Sequence record: OM386662.1
Length of the DNA stretch: 64,000 nt
From: Escherichia phage vB_EcoM_ESCO47
Reading direction: 5' to 3' (one strand)
In this document: in pieces, positions 26,723 through 36,126 of the stretch
Layout: each line of letters begins with the position of its first letter
Numbering within the stretch: position 1 is the stretch's first letter
The notes under the pieces: model-generated
What the model saw: the letters and a program-made list of their open reading frames with translations, nothing else
What the model was told of the DNA's origin: nothing
The model's database searches: none
Made by a program: the position numbers and the translations under genes

Positions 26723-29434
26723 ATGCAAGAATTTTATTTGACAGTAGAACAGATTGGTGACTCAATTTTCGAACGTTATATCGATTCTAACGGTCGTGAA
26801 CGTGTTCGTGAAGTAGAGTATAAGCCATCATTGTTTGCACATTGTCCCGAAAGTCAGGCTACAAAATATTTTGATATCTATGGTAAACCATGTACTCGTA
26901 AGTTATTCGCTAATATGCGTGACGCATCTCAGTGGATTAAACGCATGGAAGATATCGGTCTTGAAGCATTAGGTATGGACGATTTTAAATTGTCTTATAT
27001 CAGTGATACGTATCCGGTTGATATCAAATACGACCATACTAAAATTCGTGTAGCGAACTTTGACATCGAAGTAACATCTCCTGACGGGTTCCCTGAGCCG
27101 TCACAAGCAAAACATCCTATTGATGCTATCACTCATTATGACTCAATTGATGACAGGTTTTATGTATTTGACCTTTTGAATTCTCCATATGGTAATGTAG
27201 AAGAATGGTCTATCGAAATTGCGGCTAAGCTTCAAGAACAAGGCGGTGATGAAGTTCCATCCGAAATTATCGACAAAATTGTTTATATGCCGTTTGATAA
27301 TGAAAAAGAATTATTGATGGAATATCTCAATTTCTGGCAACAGAAAACTCCTGTCATTTTAACCGGATGGAACGTTGAGACATTTGATATTCCATATGTG
27401 TATAACAGAATCAAGAATATTTTTGGTGAATCCACAGCAAAACGGTTGTCACCACATCGCAAGACTCGTGTTAAAGTTATTGAAAACATGTATGGTTCAC
27501 GAGAAATCATTACATTGTTTGGTATCTCTGTTCTTGATTATATCGACCTTTACAAAAAGTTCTCTTTCACGAACCAACCGTCATATTCTCTGGACTATGT
27601 TTCAGAATTTGAATTGAATGTTGGTAAACTGAAATACGACGGTCCTATTTCTAAACTTCGCGAAAGTAATCATCAACGATATATAAGCTATAACATCATC
27701 GACGTATATCGTGTATTGCAAATTGATGCTAAACGCCAGTTCATTAACTTGAGCTTGGACATGGGTTATTATGCTAAAATTCAGATTCAATCTGTGTTCA
27801 GTCCAATTAAAACTTGGGACGCTATTATTTTTAATAGCCTTAAAGAACAAAACAAGGTGATTCCACAAGGTCGTTCGCATCCAGTTCAACCTTACCCGGG
27901 TGCTTTTGTTAAGGAACCTATTCCAAATCGATACAAATATGTGATGAGCTTCGACCTCACATCTCTGTATCCAAGCATCATTCGCCAAGTGAATATTAGC
28001 CCAGAAACAATAGCAGGAACGTTTAAAGTAGCTCCATTACATGATTATATTAACGCTGTTGCTGAACGTCCTTCTGATGTGTACAGTTGTTCTCCTAACG
28101 GCATGATGTATTATAAAGACCGTGACGGTGTTGTTCCAACTGAAATCACTAAAGTCTTTAATCAACGTAAAGAACATAAAGGTTATATGCTTGCGGCTCA
28201 ACGTAATGGTGAAATAATTAAAGAGGCCTTACATAATCCTAATCTTTCTGTTGATGAACCATTAGATGTTGATTATCGTTTTGACTTCACTGACGAGATT
28301 AAAGAAAAGATTAAAAAGTTGTCTGCTAAATCTCTTAATGAAATGTTGTTTAGAGCTCAACGTACTGAAGTTGCAGGTATGACTGCACAAATTAACCGTA
28401 AATTGCTCATCAACTCGCTTTATGGTGCACTTGGAAACGTTTGGTTCCGTTATTACGATTTGCGTAATGCAACTGCAATCACAACATTCGGTCAAATGGC
28501 TTTACAATGGATTGAACGTAAAGTTAATGAATATCTTAACGAAGTTTGTGGTACACAAGGCGAAGCTTTCGTTCTATATGGTGATACAGACTCCATTTAC
28601 GTATCTGTAGATAAAATTATTGATAAGGTTGGTGAATCTAAATTCCGCGATACTAACCATTGGGTAGACTTCTTAGATAAGTTCGCTCGTGAACGTATGG
28701 AACCTGCTATTGATAGAGGTTTCCGTGAAATGTGCGAATACATGAATAATAAGCAACATTTGATGTTCATGGACCGAGAAGCTATCGCTGGGCCTCCGCT
28801 TGGTTCTAAAGGTATTGGTGGATTCTGGACTGGTAAGAAACGTTATGCATTAAACGTGTGGGATATGGAAGGAACCAGATACGCTGAACCTAAGCTTAAA
28901 ATCATGGGTCTCGAAACACAGAAATCTTCGACTCCTAAAGCAGTACAGAAAGCTCTTAAGGAATGTATTCGTCGTATGCTTCAGGAAGGCGAAGAATCAT
29001 TACAAGAATATTTTAAAGAGTTTGAAAAAGAGTTCCGTCAGCTGGATTATATTAGCATCTCATCAGTGTCATCGGCAAATAACATTGCTAAATATGATGT
29101 CGGTGGATTCCCAGGTCCTAAATGTCCATTCCATATTCGTGGAATTCTGACATATAACCGAGCTATCAAAGGTAATATTGATGCTCCACAAGTTGTAGAA
29201 GGTGAAAAGGTATACGTTCTGCCTTTACGTGATGGAAACCCGTTCGGTGATAAATGTATCGCATGGCCATCTGGTACAGAAATCACTGATTTGATTAAAG
29301 ACGACGTGCTTCGTTGGATGGACTACACTGTTCTCCTTGAGAAGACATTTATTAACCCACTTGAAGGATTCACGTCAGCAGCGAAACTCGATTATGAGAA
29401 GAAAGCATCTCTGTTCGATATGTTCGATTTTTGA
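26723..29434 (+). CDS. 43: DNA polymerase gp43 (family B)
   Basis: 903 aa; exonuclease FDIE and polymerase YGDTDS motifs; near-identical to my recollection of RB69 gp43. Confidence 0.95.
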   Translation: MQEFYLTVEQIGDSIFERYIDSNGRERVREVEYKPSLFAHCPESQATKYFDIYGKPCTRKLFANMRDASQWIKRMEDIGLEALGMDDFKLSYISDTYPVDIKYDHTKIRVANFDIEVTSPDGFPEPSQAKHPIDAITHYDSIDDRFYVFDLLNSPYGNVEEWSIEIAAKLQEQGGDEVPSEIIDKIVYMPFDNEKELLMEYLNFWQQKTPVILTGWNVETFDIPYVYNRIKNIFGESTAKRLSPHRKTRVKVIENMYGSREIITLFGISVLDYIDLYKKFSFTNQPSYSLDYVSEFELNVGKLKYDGPISKLRESNHQRYISYNIIDVYRVLQIDAKRQFINLSLDMGYYAKIQIQSVFSPIKTWDAIIFNSLKEQNKVIPQGRSHPVQPYPGAFVKEPIPNRYKYVMSFDLTSLYPSIIRQVNISPETIAGTFKVAPLHDYINAVAERPSDVYSCSPNGMMYYKDRDGVVPTEITKVFNQRKEHKGYMLAAQRNGEIIKEALHNPNLSVDEPLDVDYRFDFTDEIKEKIKKLSAKSLNEMLFRAQRTEVAGMTAQINRKLLINSLYGALGNVWFRYYDLRNATAITTFGQMALQWIERKVNEYLNEVCGTQGEAFVLYGDTDSIYVSVDKIIDKVGESKFRDTNHWVDFLDKFARERMEPAIDRGFREMCEYMNNKQHLMFMDREAIAGPPLGSKGIGGFWTGKKRYALNVWDMEGTRYAEPKLKIMGLETQKSSTPKAVQKALKECIRRMLQEGEESLQEYFKEFEKEFRQLDYISISSVSSANNIAKYDVGGFPGPKCPFHIRGILTYNRAIKGNIDAPQVVEGEKVYVLPLRDGNPFGDKCIAWPSGTEITDLIKDDVLRWMDYTVLLEKTFINPLEGFTSAAKLDYEKKASLFDMFDF

Positions 29435-29475
29435 TATAATGCCATGGACGGCAAACTAACCTAAATGAGAGAAAT

Positions 29476-30108
29476 ATGAAAACCACTCCTATTACTATCG
29501 CAATTGACGCAATCGTAAAGCAAGCTTCATCTCTGGCTACTATGGCTAAAGTAATTAGTCAAAATTCAGCTCGATACAATGCCATTCTTGAAACCTTGCG
29601 ACGTCCTGGTCTGAGTAATTATGAAAGTCGTGTAATTATTACCGGTGTCGGTAAAAATGCTAATATCGCAACTAAAGCTTCTGAAACATTTGCTTCACTC
29701 GGTATCCCGAGTATGTACTTGAACACTGGGCATTATTCTCACGGTGATGCAGGATTCATTGCGCCTAATGATGTGTTGATTCATATTAGTCGTTCTGGTA
29801 AAACTGAAGAAATGATTGGCGTGGCTAAGCATCTTAAAATGATTCGTCCGAACGTCAAACAGATTCTGTTGCATTGTAACCCGGACATTCCACAAGAAAA
29901 TGAAGCCCTTTTTGATTACTCTTTCTGTACAGGCATCGCAGTAGAGGTTGATGAGAATTCTCTGGCTCCGACTATGTCAACTACATTGTTGTTAGCGCTT
30001 ATCGATACGTTTGCTATCAACCTTTCATCTGAACGTGGATTTACCTCTAATGACTTCCTTAAGTTCCACCCTGGTGGTGCACTAGGTGCCATGTTACGAG
30101 GCGAATAA
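29476..30108 (+). CDS. SIS-domain sugar-phosphate isomerase, KdsD/GutQ-like (putative arabinose-5-phosphate isomerase)
   Basis: VIITGVGKNANIATKASETFASLG...HGDAGFI...ISRSGKTEE...LAPT.STT...HPGGALG parallels the KdsD SIS domain; no CBS domains. Confidence 0.65.
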   Translation: MKTTPITIAIDAIVKQASSLATMAKVISQNSARYNAILETLRRPGLSNYESRVIITGVGKNANIATKASETFASLGIPSMYLNTGHYSHGDAGFIAPNDVLIHISRSGKTEEMIGVAKHLKMIRPNVKQILLHCNPDIPQENEALFDYSFCTGIAVEVDENSLAPTMSTTLLLALIDTFAINLSSERGFTSNDFLKFHPGGALGAMLRGE

Positions 30109-30251
30109 TGAAAGCAATAGCAATAGGACTTTTACTATTGATGCTTGTTATGACTATCTACTGGAGCTTAACTGCTCCAGTAATGGTTCCGACTCTTATA
30201 ATCGGATGGATTATGATTGGACTACAAGCAAAGTATGAATGCTTTAACTAG
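30108..30251 (+). CDS. Small membrane ORF (47 aa)
   Basis: TAATG coupling to SIS gene; two hydrophobic segments; below ORF-track cutoff. Confidence 0.3.
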   Translation: MKAIAIGLLLLMLVMTIYWSLTAPVMVPTLIIGWIMIGLQAKYECFN

Positions 30252-30292
30252 AATAGTGTACAATACTCCTACTTACCAATGAGGACCACAAC

Positions 30293-31978
30293 ATGAAAAA
30301 AGCTGTTATTCTTGGTGCTGGACTGGCAACTCGTTTGTATCCAATAACGCATCATATTCCTAAGGTGCTTGTTAACTATAAACAAGACACTATTCTGAGC
30401 AATTTGTATACAATTTATTCTGATCTTGGCGCAGACGAAATTATTGTAGTAGTTCATTCAAAATTTGCTGAAACTGTTCGAGCTTATTGTGAGCAAGAAG
30501 GGTTCAATGTGACTATTCGTACAGTTGATGAAGCGTATGGATCTGCTTATGCTCTTGCTAAATTACACAAAGATTTAGACGGCCATAATGTAATTGTTAA
30601 CTGGTGTGATATTATTCCTGATTTTGGTTCATGGTCATGGAATGTTAACGCAATCTATGTTAAGGGCGACGAATGTCGATATAATTTCGACGGTGAAAAT
30701 ATCACTAACGTAGGTTCAACAGGTGGTAATGTTGTAGGAATTTATCAGTTCAAAGACTGGGAATTCTATATGGGTTCTACCGATGAGGAAATTCATGAAT
30801 ACTGCAAAGGACGTGATTTCGTAGAATTCCTTTACGGCAGCGCATTCAATAAATCAGAGCTTATGAATCTAATTGATTTAGGTGATATGCCTAAACTTGA
30901 AAAAGCTCATGAAGTTCGTGAACTTAATCGTAGTTTTAATGCAGTTGAAATTGGTGAAGAAACTGTAACTAAATTCGCATTAACCGAACAGGGTCGAGCT
31001 CTTCAGAAAGATGAGATTTCATGGTATCTTAAAGTGAAATCAGATTCAGTTCCTCAGTTAGTTTCTGTTAATGAAAATAACTTTGAAATGGAACGCATTA
31101 AAGGTAGGCCGGCATTTGAATATATTAAATCCAAATCAAGTCTTGCTCGTCCACAAATTGTTGATGCAATTTTAGATGCACTGAAATTCAGCACAGACAC
31201 TTATTTTGTAAGTCCTGAAACTGTTCGTCGTGATTTCACTAAAGAATTCTATACTAAAGTTATTGATCGTTGTGAAAGCATTCAACCATTGATTGATTCA
31301 TTTGGTAAAATCACACATGTGAACTACACCAAGATTGGACGTCTGAAGCCAATGCTGAAACAAGCTTTAGAACACCTTATTCGTTATCATAACCGTTCTC
31401 AGGGACAGTACTCTGTTATTCATGGTGACCCGAACTTCAGTAATACTATGATTACTGATAACGGCGAAGTCAAGTTTATCGACCCTCGTGGATATTTTGG
31501 CGAAACCAAGATTTACGGCCCGAAATTGTATGATGAAGCTAAAGTGCTTTATGCTGTTTCAGGTTATGATGAATTCAATGCTAATCCGACCTGGGGGCAG
31601 TTTACTATTGATGAAACAACTTGTAATGTGTCTATTAACATCAATCCATTAGTTTACAAATATGGAAAGATGAGTTCGTTTAACGAGTATCATCATTTGG
31701 CAGTGGCAATTATCTGGATTGCATTAGGTGGTTATTTCAAGAATAATCCACTTAAAGCGGTAGCCGCATATTATAAAGGTATGGAACTTCTGACTAAGCA
31801 ATTACGTAACATGGGCCGTGTACTTCAGGACGGCTCTATTAGTTATGACGTAGCAGAACCTGTAACGGCTACACTGATTACAAAAAATCCTGGTAAATGG
31901 GTACTAACTGATAAAGAAACTGGTGTTTCCTATCGTCCAATCGGTGGCGATATCACTCATCAATGGGAACGAATCTAA
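30293..31978 (+). CDS. Bifunctional sugar-1-phosphate nucleotidyltransferase (N-terminal) / kinase-like (C-terminal) protein
   Basis: N-terminal AVILGAGLATRLYPIT...PKVLV nucleotidyltransferase signature; C-terminal HGDPNFSNTMI...FIDPRGYF resembles the APH/choline-kinase catalytic loop. Confidence 0.6.
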   Translation: MKKAVILGAGLATRLYPITHHIPKVLVNYKQDTILSNLYTIYSDLGADEIIVVVHSKFAETVRAYCEQEGFNVTIRTVDEAYGSAYALAKLHKDLDGHNVIVNWCDIIPDFGSWSWNVNAIYVKGDECRYNFDGENITNVGSTGGNVVGIYQFKDWEFYMGSTDEEIHEYCKGRDFVEFLYGSAFNKSELMNLIDLGDMPKLEKAHEVRELNRSFNAVEIGEETVTKFALTEQGRALQKDEISWYLKVKSDSVPQLVSVNENNFEMERIKGRPAFEYIKSKSSLARPQIVDAILDALKFSTDTYFVSPETVRRDFTKEFYTKVIDRCESIQPLIDSFGKITHVNYTKIGRLKPMLKQALEHLIRYHNRSQGQYSVIHGDPNFSNTMITDNGEVKFIDPRGYFGETKIYGPKLYDEAKVLYAVSGYDEFNANPTWGQFTIDETTCNVSININPLVYKYGKMSSFNEYHHLAVAIIWIALGGYFKNNPLKAVAAYYKGMELLTKQLRNMGRVLQDGSISYDVAEPVTATLITKNPGKWVLTDKETGVSYRPIGGDITHQWERI

Positions 31979-32364
31979 TGCACCGTGTAGAAAACATGCT
32001 TAATCTTTGTTTTGATGTCGATGATTGCATCACGGAATGGAATAACACTCGTGATTACGTGAACTTCAAGCCAGACAGCGAAATGGTGTCTGCTATTAAT
32101 GCCTTGTATGATGCAGGGCATACCATAACGCTTTACACTGCTCGCGGTATGAAGTCGGTAGGTCCTGGTCGTATAGCAATTGACATTCTCCCAAGTCTGA
32201 TTCAGAACTTGGAAAACATTGGTTTGAAGTACCATAATTTGCTAACACATAAACCAGTATATGATTGGATTATCGACGACAAAGCTATGCGTCCTGACGA
32301 ATTCAAAGCTCTTATGAATAAAGGCGAATTCGAAACATTTAAATCATATAAACCTAATCTATAA
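31978..32364 (+). CDS. Small HAD-like phosphatase (putative)
   Basis: LCFDVDDCIT (motif I-like), HTITLYTARG (motif II), YDWIIDDKA (motif IV-like); TAATG coupling. Confidence 0.45.
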   Translation: MHRVENMLNLCFDVDDCITEWNNTRDYVNFKPDSEMVSAINALYDAGHTITLYTARGMKSVGPGRIAIDILPSLIQNLENIGLKYHNLLTHKPVYDWIIDDKAMRPDEFKALMNKGEFETFKSYKPNL

Positions 32365-32421
32365 TAATTTAAGTAAGACCTGCAAAAACCATCGCGTCAA
32401 TTAACGTGAGATGCAAAAAAA

Positions 32422-33582
32422 ATGAATACTTTTAAAATCGGAACGAATTTTGATTTAGCTCTTCTTGATAAAATCGTAGAGCTCAATAAAACTTATCCTA
32501 ATAGCTTAATAAACGAAGTATACGGCTCTACAAGAGAAATGGCTTTTGTAGCAGCCAGACCTGATTTTAGGCTTCCTGACGTTGACAAAAAGATGTTAGA
32601 AGATTACGTTAAACGTTGTAACGAATTAGGTATTTGCTTTAACTATACACTCAACACGATAAATCCTGGTTCAAAAAGAGAACTAGTTGAGTGGAAGAAG
32701 AAAGCTATTCAGGATTATGTTCAGTATCTTTGGTCAATAGGCGTATGGCGTATTACTATCGCTAACCCTGTTGTTATGGAAATTGTTCGTGAAGTCAATA
32801 AAGACATTGAGATTGAAGTTTCAACAATTCTACATGTCGATGCTGTAACTCAAATCAAATACTTGCATGACCAATATAATATTAAAAAGGTCTGTTGCGG
32901 AATTCATAAGAACCGTTCAGTTTCTTTCCTGAAGCGTGCAGCAGAGTTTTGCAATAAGAACAATATAATATTTGAAGTTCTTGTAAATGAGTTCTGTTCT
33001 AATGCTGGTAAAGGGTATACAACACATTGTAGTTATCGTGACTCTTGCTATATTTTCCATAGTACTGATGTTACAGTTGATGATGCTAAATCCTTAAACG
33101 GATATCCAATGCAACACTGCATTAAAGCTCGTGATACAGACCCATTTAACTGGTTGAGAACTCGTTTTGTTCGTCCTCAAGATTTGAAACTTTATAATGA
33201 TATTGGTATCACTCAATTCAAAGTTTCAGGACGTACAGGTAGCACAGACTACATTTTGAAAGTTCTTGAAGCATACGCTTCTGAAAAGTTTGAAGGTAAT
33301 TTGTTAGAACTGTGGAAGCCTTTAGAGACTATTTTCACTCTTGAAAATGAAACTGAGTTTTCACATACAGTAAATATTGAAACCTCTTTGTTAGATGGCT
33401 TTTTAGAAAAAAGGTGGTTCAGACATCCAGATTTCGATTGTGCTAATGAAATCTGCGGGACGACGTGTACATATTGTGAAAGATATTATAAACGTCAATT
33501 ATCTAAAAACGGGTTATCAGAAAATTCTATATCTATTATTGATATAACTAACTCTGATGACGCTTTGAGGTACCCGGAATGA
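32422..33582 (+). CDS. Peptidase-U32-family protein (PrtC/RlhA/TrhP/UbiU-like putative Fe-S enzyme)
   Basis: Architecture and blocks ITIANPVVMEIVRE, IEIEVST, IFEVLVNEFCSNAGKGYTTHCSYRDSC parallel the U32 core as I recall it. Confidence 0.5.
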   Translation: MNTFKIGTNFDLALLDKIVELNKTYPNSLINEVYGSTREMAFVAARPDFRLPDVDKKMLEDYVKRCNELGICFNYTLNTINPGSKRELVEWKKKAIQDYVQYLWSIGVWRITIANPVVMEIVREVNKDIEIEVSTILHVDAVTQIKYLHDQYNIKKVCCGIHKNRSVSFLKRAAEFCNKNNIIFEVLVNEFCSNAGKGYTTHCSYRDSCYIFHSTDVTVDDAKSLNGYPMQHCIKARDTDPFNWLRTRFVRPQDLKLYNDIGITQFKVSGRTGSTDYILKVLEAYASEKFEGNLLELWKPLETIFTLENETEFSHTVNIETSLLDGFLEKRWFRHPDFDCANEICGTTCTYCERYYKRQLSKNGLSENSISIIDITNSDDALRYPE

Positions 33583-33818
33583 TTTCTAGAAAAACTTTTA
33601 ACCACCAACTTAATGAAGAGATTTTGACTATGAAAATTAACAGCATCGAACAAATTCTTAAAAAGGCCCTTATGGGCCTGTTTGAAACTAAAGCGGCTAA
33701 AGTGATTAAAGAACCTGTTCAACTAGAATATTACGCTGATGCATTTCTTCATAGTGTTCTTGGAAGTATCGATGCTGAAGCTTTACGTTATATCAACATC
33801 GCTAAGAAATTCAAATAA
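33579..33818 (+). CDS. Hypothetical protein
   Basis: 79-aa ORF (alternative start ATG 33630). Confidence 0.35.
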   Translation: MISRKTFNHQLNEEILTMKINSIEQILKKALMGLFETKAAKVIKEPVQLEYYADAFLHSVLGSIDAEALRYINIAKKFK

Positions 33819-33860
33819 GCTTTATGAATTGAGTATATAATAAATTGTATTGAGGTAAAC

Positions 33861-34577
33861 ATGGGAAAACATAACACAATGAAATATATCAAAGCCGCAG
33901 ATTTTCAAGCCGCATTTAAAGCAGTCAATCGTGAAATTTTAGAAAACCCGGAATTCGTAACTGATTCTCGTATTGGTCGTTGTAATGAAATTGGGTCTAT
34001 GACAGTAGTTGTTGACACTCCATCATCATTCAAAATGACCGACCCACGTATTAACCGCATCTCTTATGAATATGCCGAAGACTTCTGGAAATTTATGATT
34101 TCTGGTGGTACTGATGCAGAAGAAGCATTTAAGGCATATCCTAACGTTGCTAAATTTATTTCTAAACCAAAATCAGATGCTTTGCCTGCGAACTTCAACA
34201 CTTTCTATGGTCCTCGCATTGCGGCCCAATTACCAACTCTTCTAAAAGAACTTAAAGAGAAGCCTAACTCTCGAAGAGTTGTGTTCCAAATTCTAGAAAG
34301 TTCTGATCAGGCTTTGCTTGATTCGGACGAAACACTTGAATATCCATGTACTGACTCGGTGACTTATTATATTCGCGATGGTAAGCTTTATACCCACTGT
34401 CATATGCGTTCTCAGAACTGTGCTGTTGTTATGCAGTTGGATTTTTATCTCCAAGGAAAATTACTTCATTATATCGCTAACGAATGTGGTGTAGAAGTTG
34501 GTGATTATACTCATACCATGGTAAGTGCCCATGTGTTTGAACGTGATTTTGATTATGTTAAAGGATTCCTTGACTAA
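33861..34577 (+). CDS. 42: dCMP hydroxymethylase gp42 (thymidylate-synthase family)
   Basis: 238 aa; EYPCTDSVTYYIRDGKLY...HMRSQN thymidylate-synthase-like catalytic Cys region; position as in T4. Confidence 0.8.
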   Translation: MGKHNTMKYIKAADFQAAFKAVNREILENPEFVTDSRIGRCNEIGSMTVVVDTPSSFKMTDPRINRISYEYAEDFWKFMISGGTDAEEAFKAYPNVAKFISKPKSDALPANFNTFYGPRIAAQLPTLLKELKEKPNSRRVVFQILESSDQALLDSDETLEYPCTDSVTYYIRDGKLYTHCHMRSQNCAVVMQLDFYLQGKLLHYIANECGVEVGDYTHTMVSAHVFERDFDYVKGFLD

Positions 34578-35476
34578 TGGCTATTTTCCGCGTACCTATC
34601 TTGAGTATGCGGTCTTATGAAACCGGACAGTATGCTATCCTTAAGGATGGCAACTTCCAACTTCATTTGCACCGTGCTAATCCAGGTGATGTGATTACAT
34701 ATCCACGTAATGCATCTGATATTAAAGAATGTGAACGTCTTTTCCCAGAATTTAAGTTTGTTCCATTATGGTATAAAGATAACGCGTATAACACTCGTAA
34801 ATATTTCTGGTCTGAAAATGAATTTGTGGTTGATTCATTAATTGCTTATTATGATTGTGATTTTCTAATCACAGATATCACTGGATATGATGGTGTTTTT
34901 GATGTAGAATTCAATTTCAATATCACTGCAGACCCTAATAAACCACGTTTTTATATTGACGAATTCTTAAAAACCGATATGTTGTCGGTTAATCGTTCAC
35001 TTCAAACTACTGTGTTGAATGAACGTCAAAAAGAAGTGCTGGTTAACGCAGGTGCAGATGGTAATAAGATTATCGTAACGCAGAAAGTTATACGTCCTTC
35101 CATCATGCAGCGTCTTGTAGGTGATTTGGCTCCTATTCATCTAGATGGTATTTTTCATCCATTTCGAATTAGTGACCCGTGCTATCGTTTTGAACAAGTG
35201 GTTGAATGTGCAATTCAATTAGGCCAACCACTTTATATAACCGATCCAAATAATAGCTTCGACAGAAATAAGTATCCTGAAGAAGCGCTGATTCGAATTT
35301 TTAAACCAACTAAAACTGAGTACTATCAAATTCTTAAAGGACGTCCGAAGATTCAATATTTCGAAAATCCTGAAGAAGTATTCCATCCAGGTCTTGGTGA
35401 GTTCATCTACTTTAACGCTTTAATTTCTTCGCCGTATAATATACCTAAATATGAAGATGTCGTAATCGAGGAATAA
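34577..35476 (+). CDS. Unknown 299-aa protein in the T4 beta-glucosyltransferase position (candidate DNA glycosyltransferase)
   Basis: ATGGC overlap with gene 42 stop; no resemblance to T4 beta-gt as I recall it; function inferred from position only. Confidence 0.3.
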   Translation: MAIFRVPILSMRSYETGQYAILKDGNFQLHLHRANPGDVITYPRNASDIKECERLFPEFKFVPLWYKDNAYNTRKYFWSENEFVVDSLIAYYDCDFLITDITGYDGVFDVEFNFNITADPNKPRFYIDEFLKTDMLSVNRSLQTTVLNERQKEVLVNAGADGNKIIVTQKVIRPSIMQRLVGDLAPIHLDGIFHPFRISDPCYRFEQVVECAIQLGQPLYITDPNNSFDRNKYPEEALIRIFKPTKTEYYQILKGRPKIQYFENPEEVFHPGLGEFIYFNALISSPYNIPKYEDVVIEE

Positions 35477-35477
35477 A

Positions 35478-36026
35478 ATGGCTAAAATTATTTTAGTAGA
35501 TGGCCCAGATAATGCTGGTAAAACAACTTTCATTAATGACATAATGGAAATTAGTGAAAGATATGTAAAGATTGATTTCCCTAAACGAACTGTAGATGGA
35601 CGCTTTGATGTTAAGTCTCGAAATGAAGTAGGCTGTTTCGAAACAATGCTAAATTATTTAGACCCTACTAAGATTTATCTGTTAGACCGTGGATATATTA
35701 GTAACTGGGTTTACGGACGTATTCGACAAGATGCGGACTCGGTTCTTGACGTTTATGAACAGGATTATGTTCGTCTTTGCCAAAACCATGATGTGTTCAC
35801 AATTATTTTAACACGTAACGAAATGACTGAAAGTTTTGAAGACGACCTTATCACGTTGTCTGCTCATGGCTTTAATTTTGTTATCTCACTTTTTGAAGAG
35901 TTTGCTGCTCATAATGGAATACAATCTTATCAGTTATTAAACCATGATGGTGCTAACAAAGTTATAGGATTTAATGTAAGTGAACGCAATGCATTGATTG
36001 CAGAAATTATCAAATGGGCTCGTTAA
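35478..36026 (+). CDS. P-loop nucleotide kinase, thymidylate-kinase-like
   Basis: Walker A ILVDGPDNAGKTT and LDRGYISNWVYG resembling the TMK DRY motif. Confidence 0.5.
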   Translation: MAKIILVDGPDNAGKTTFINDIMEISERYVKIDFPKRTVDGRFDVKSRNEVGCFETMLNYLDPTKIYLLDRGYISNWVYGRIRQDADSVLDVYEQDYVRLCQNHDVFTIILTRNEMTESFEDDLITLSAHGFNFVISLFEEFAAHNGIQSYQLLNHDGANKVIGFNVSERNALIAEIIKWAR

Positions 36027-36047
36027 GAGCCTATTTAAAGTTTAAAA

Positions 36048-36072
36048 TGCTGTATAACCTGTAGTATATAAT
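36048..36072 (+). promoter_or_regulatory. MotA-box middle promoter upstream of uvsX
   Basis: TGCTGTA then 19 nt to TATAAT. Confidence 0.45.
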
Positions 36073-36126
36073 CATCCTATCTTTTAAACGTGAGTAAAAT
36101 ATAATGACGCCTATGGAAAAAATACA

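Noticed and set aside
27602-27988. Antisense ORFs inside large genes (for example 27602..27988 and 27283..27510 in gene 43, 36840..37199 in uvsX, 5841..6146, 48813..49100 in dda, 56623..56997 in rIIA, 53257..53535 in gene 39)
   Set aside because: They lie entirely within well-supported coding regions on the opposite strand and have no start signals; almost certainly spurious
29431-29440. Extended -10 (TGATATAAT) overlapping the gene 43 stop as a dedicated promoter for the sugar cassette
   Set aside because: No recognisable -35 or MotA box at proper spacing; an AT-rich hexamer alone is too weak as evidence, though it remains possible
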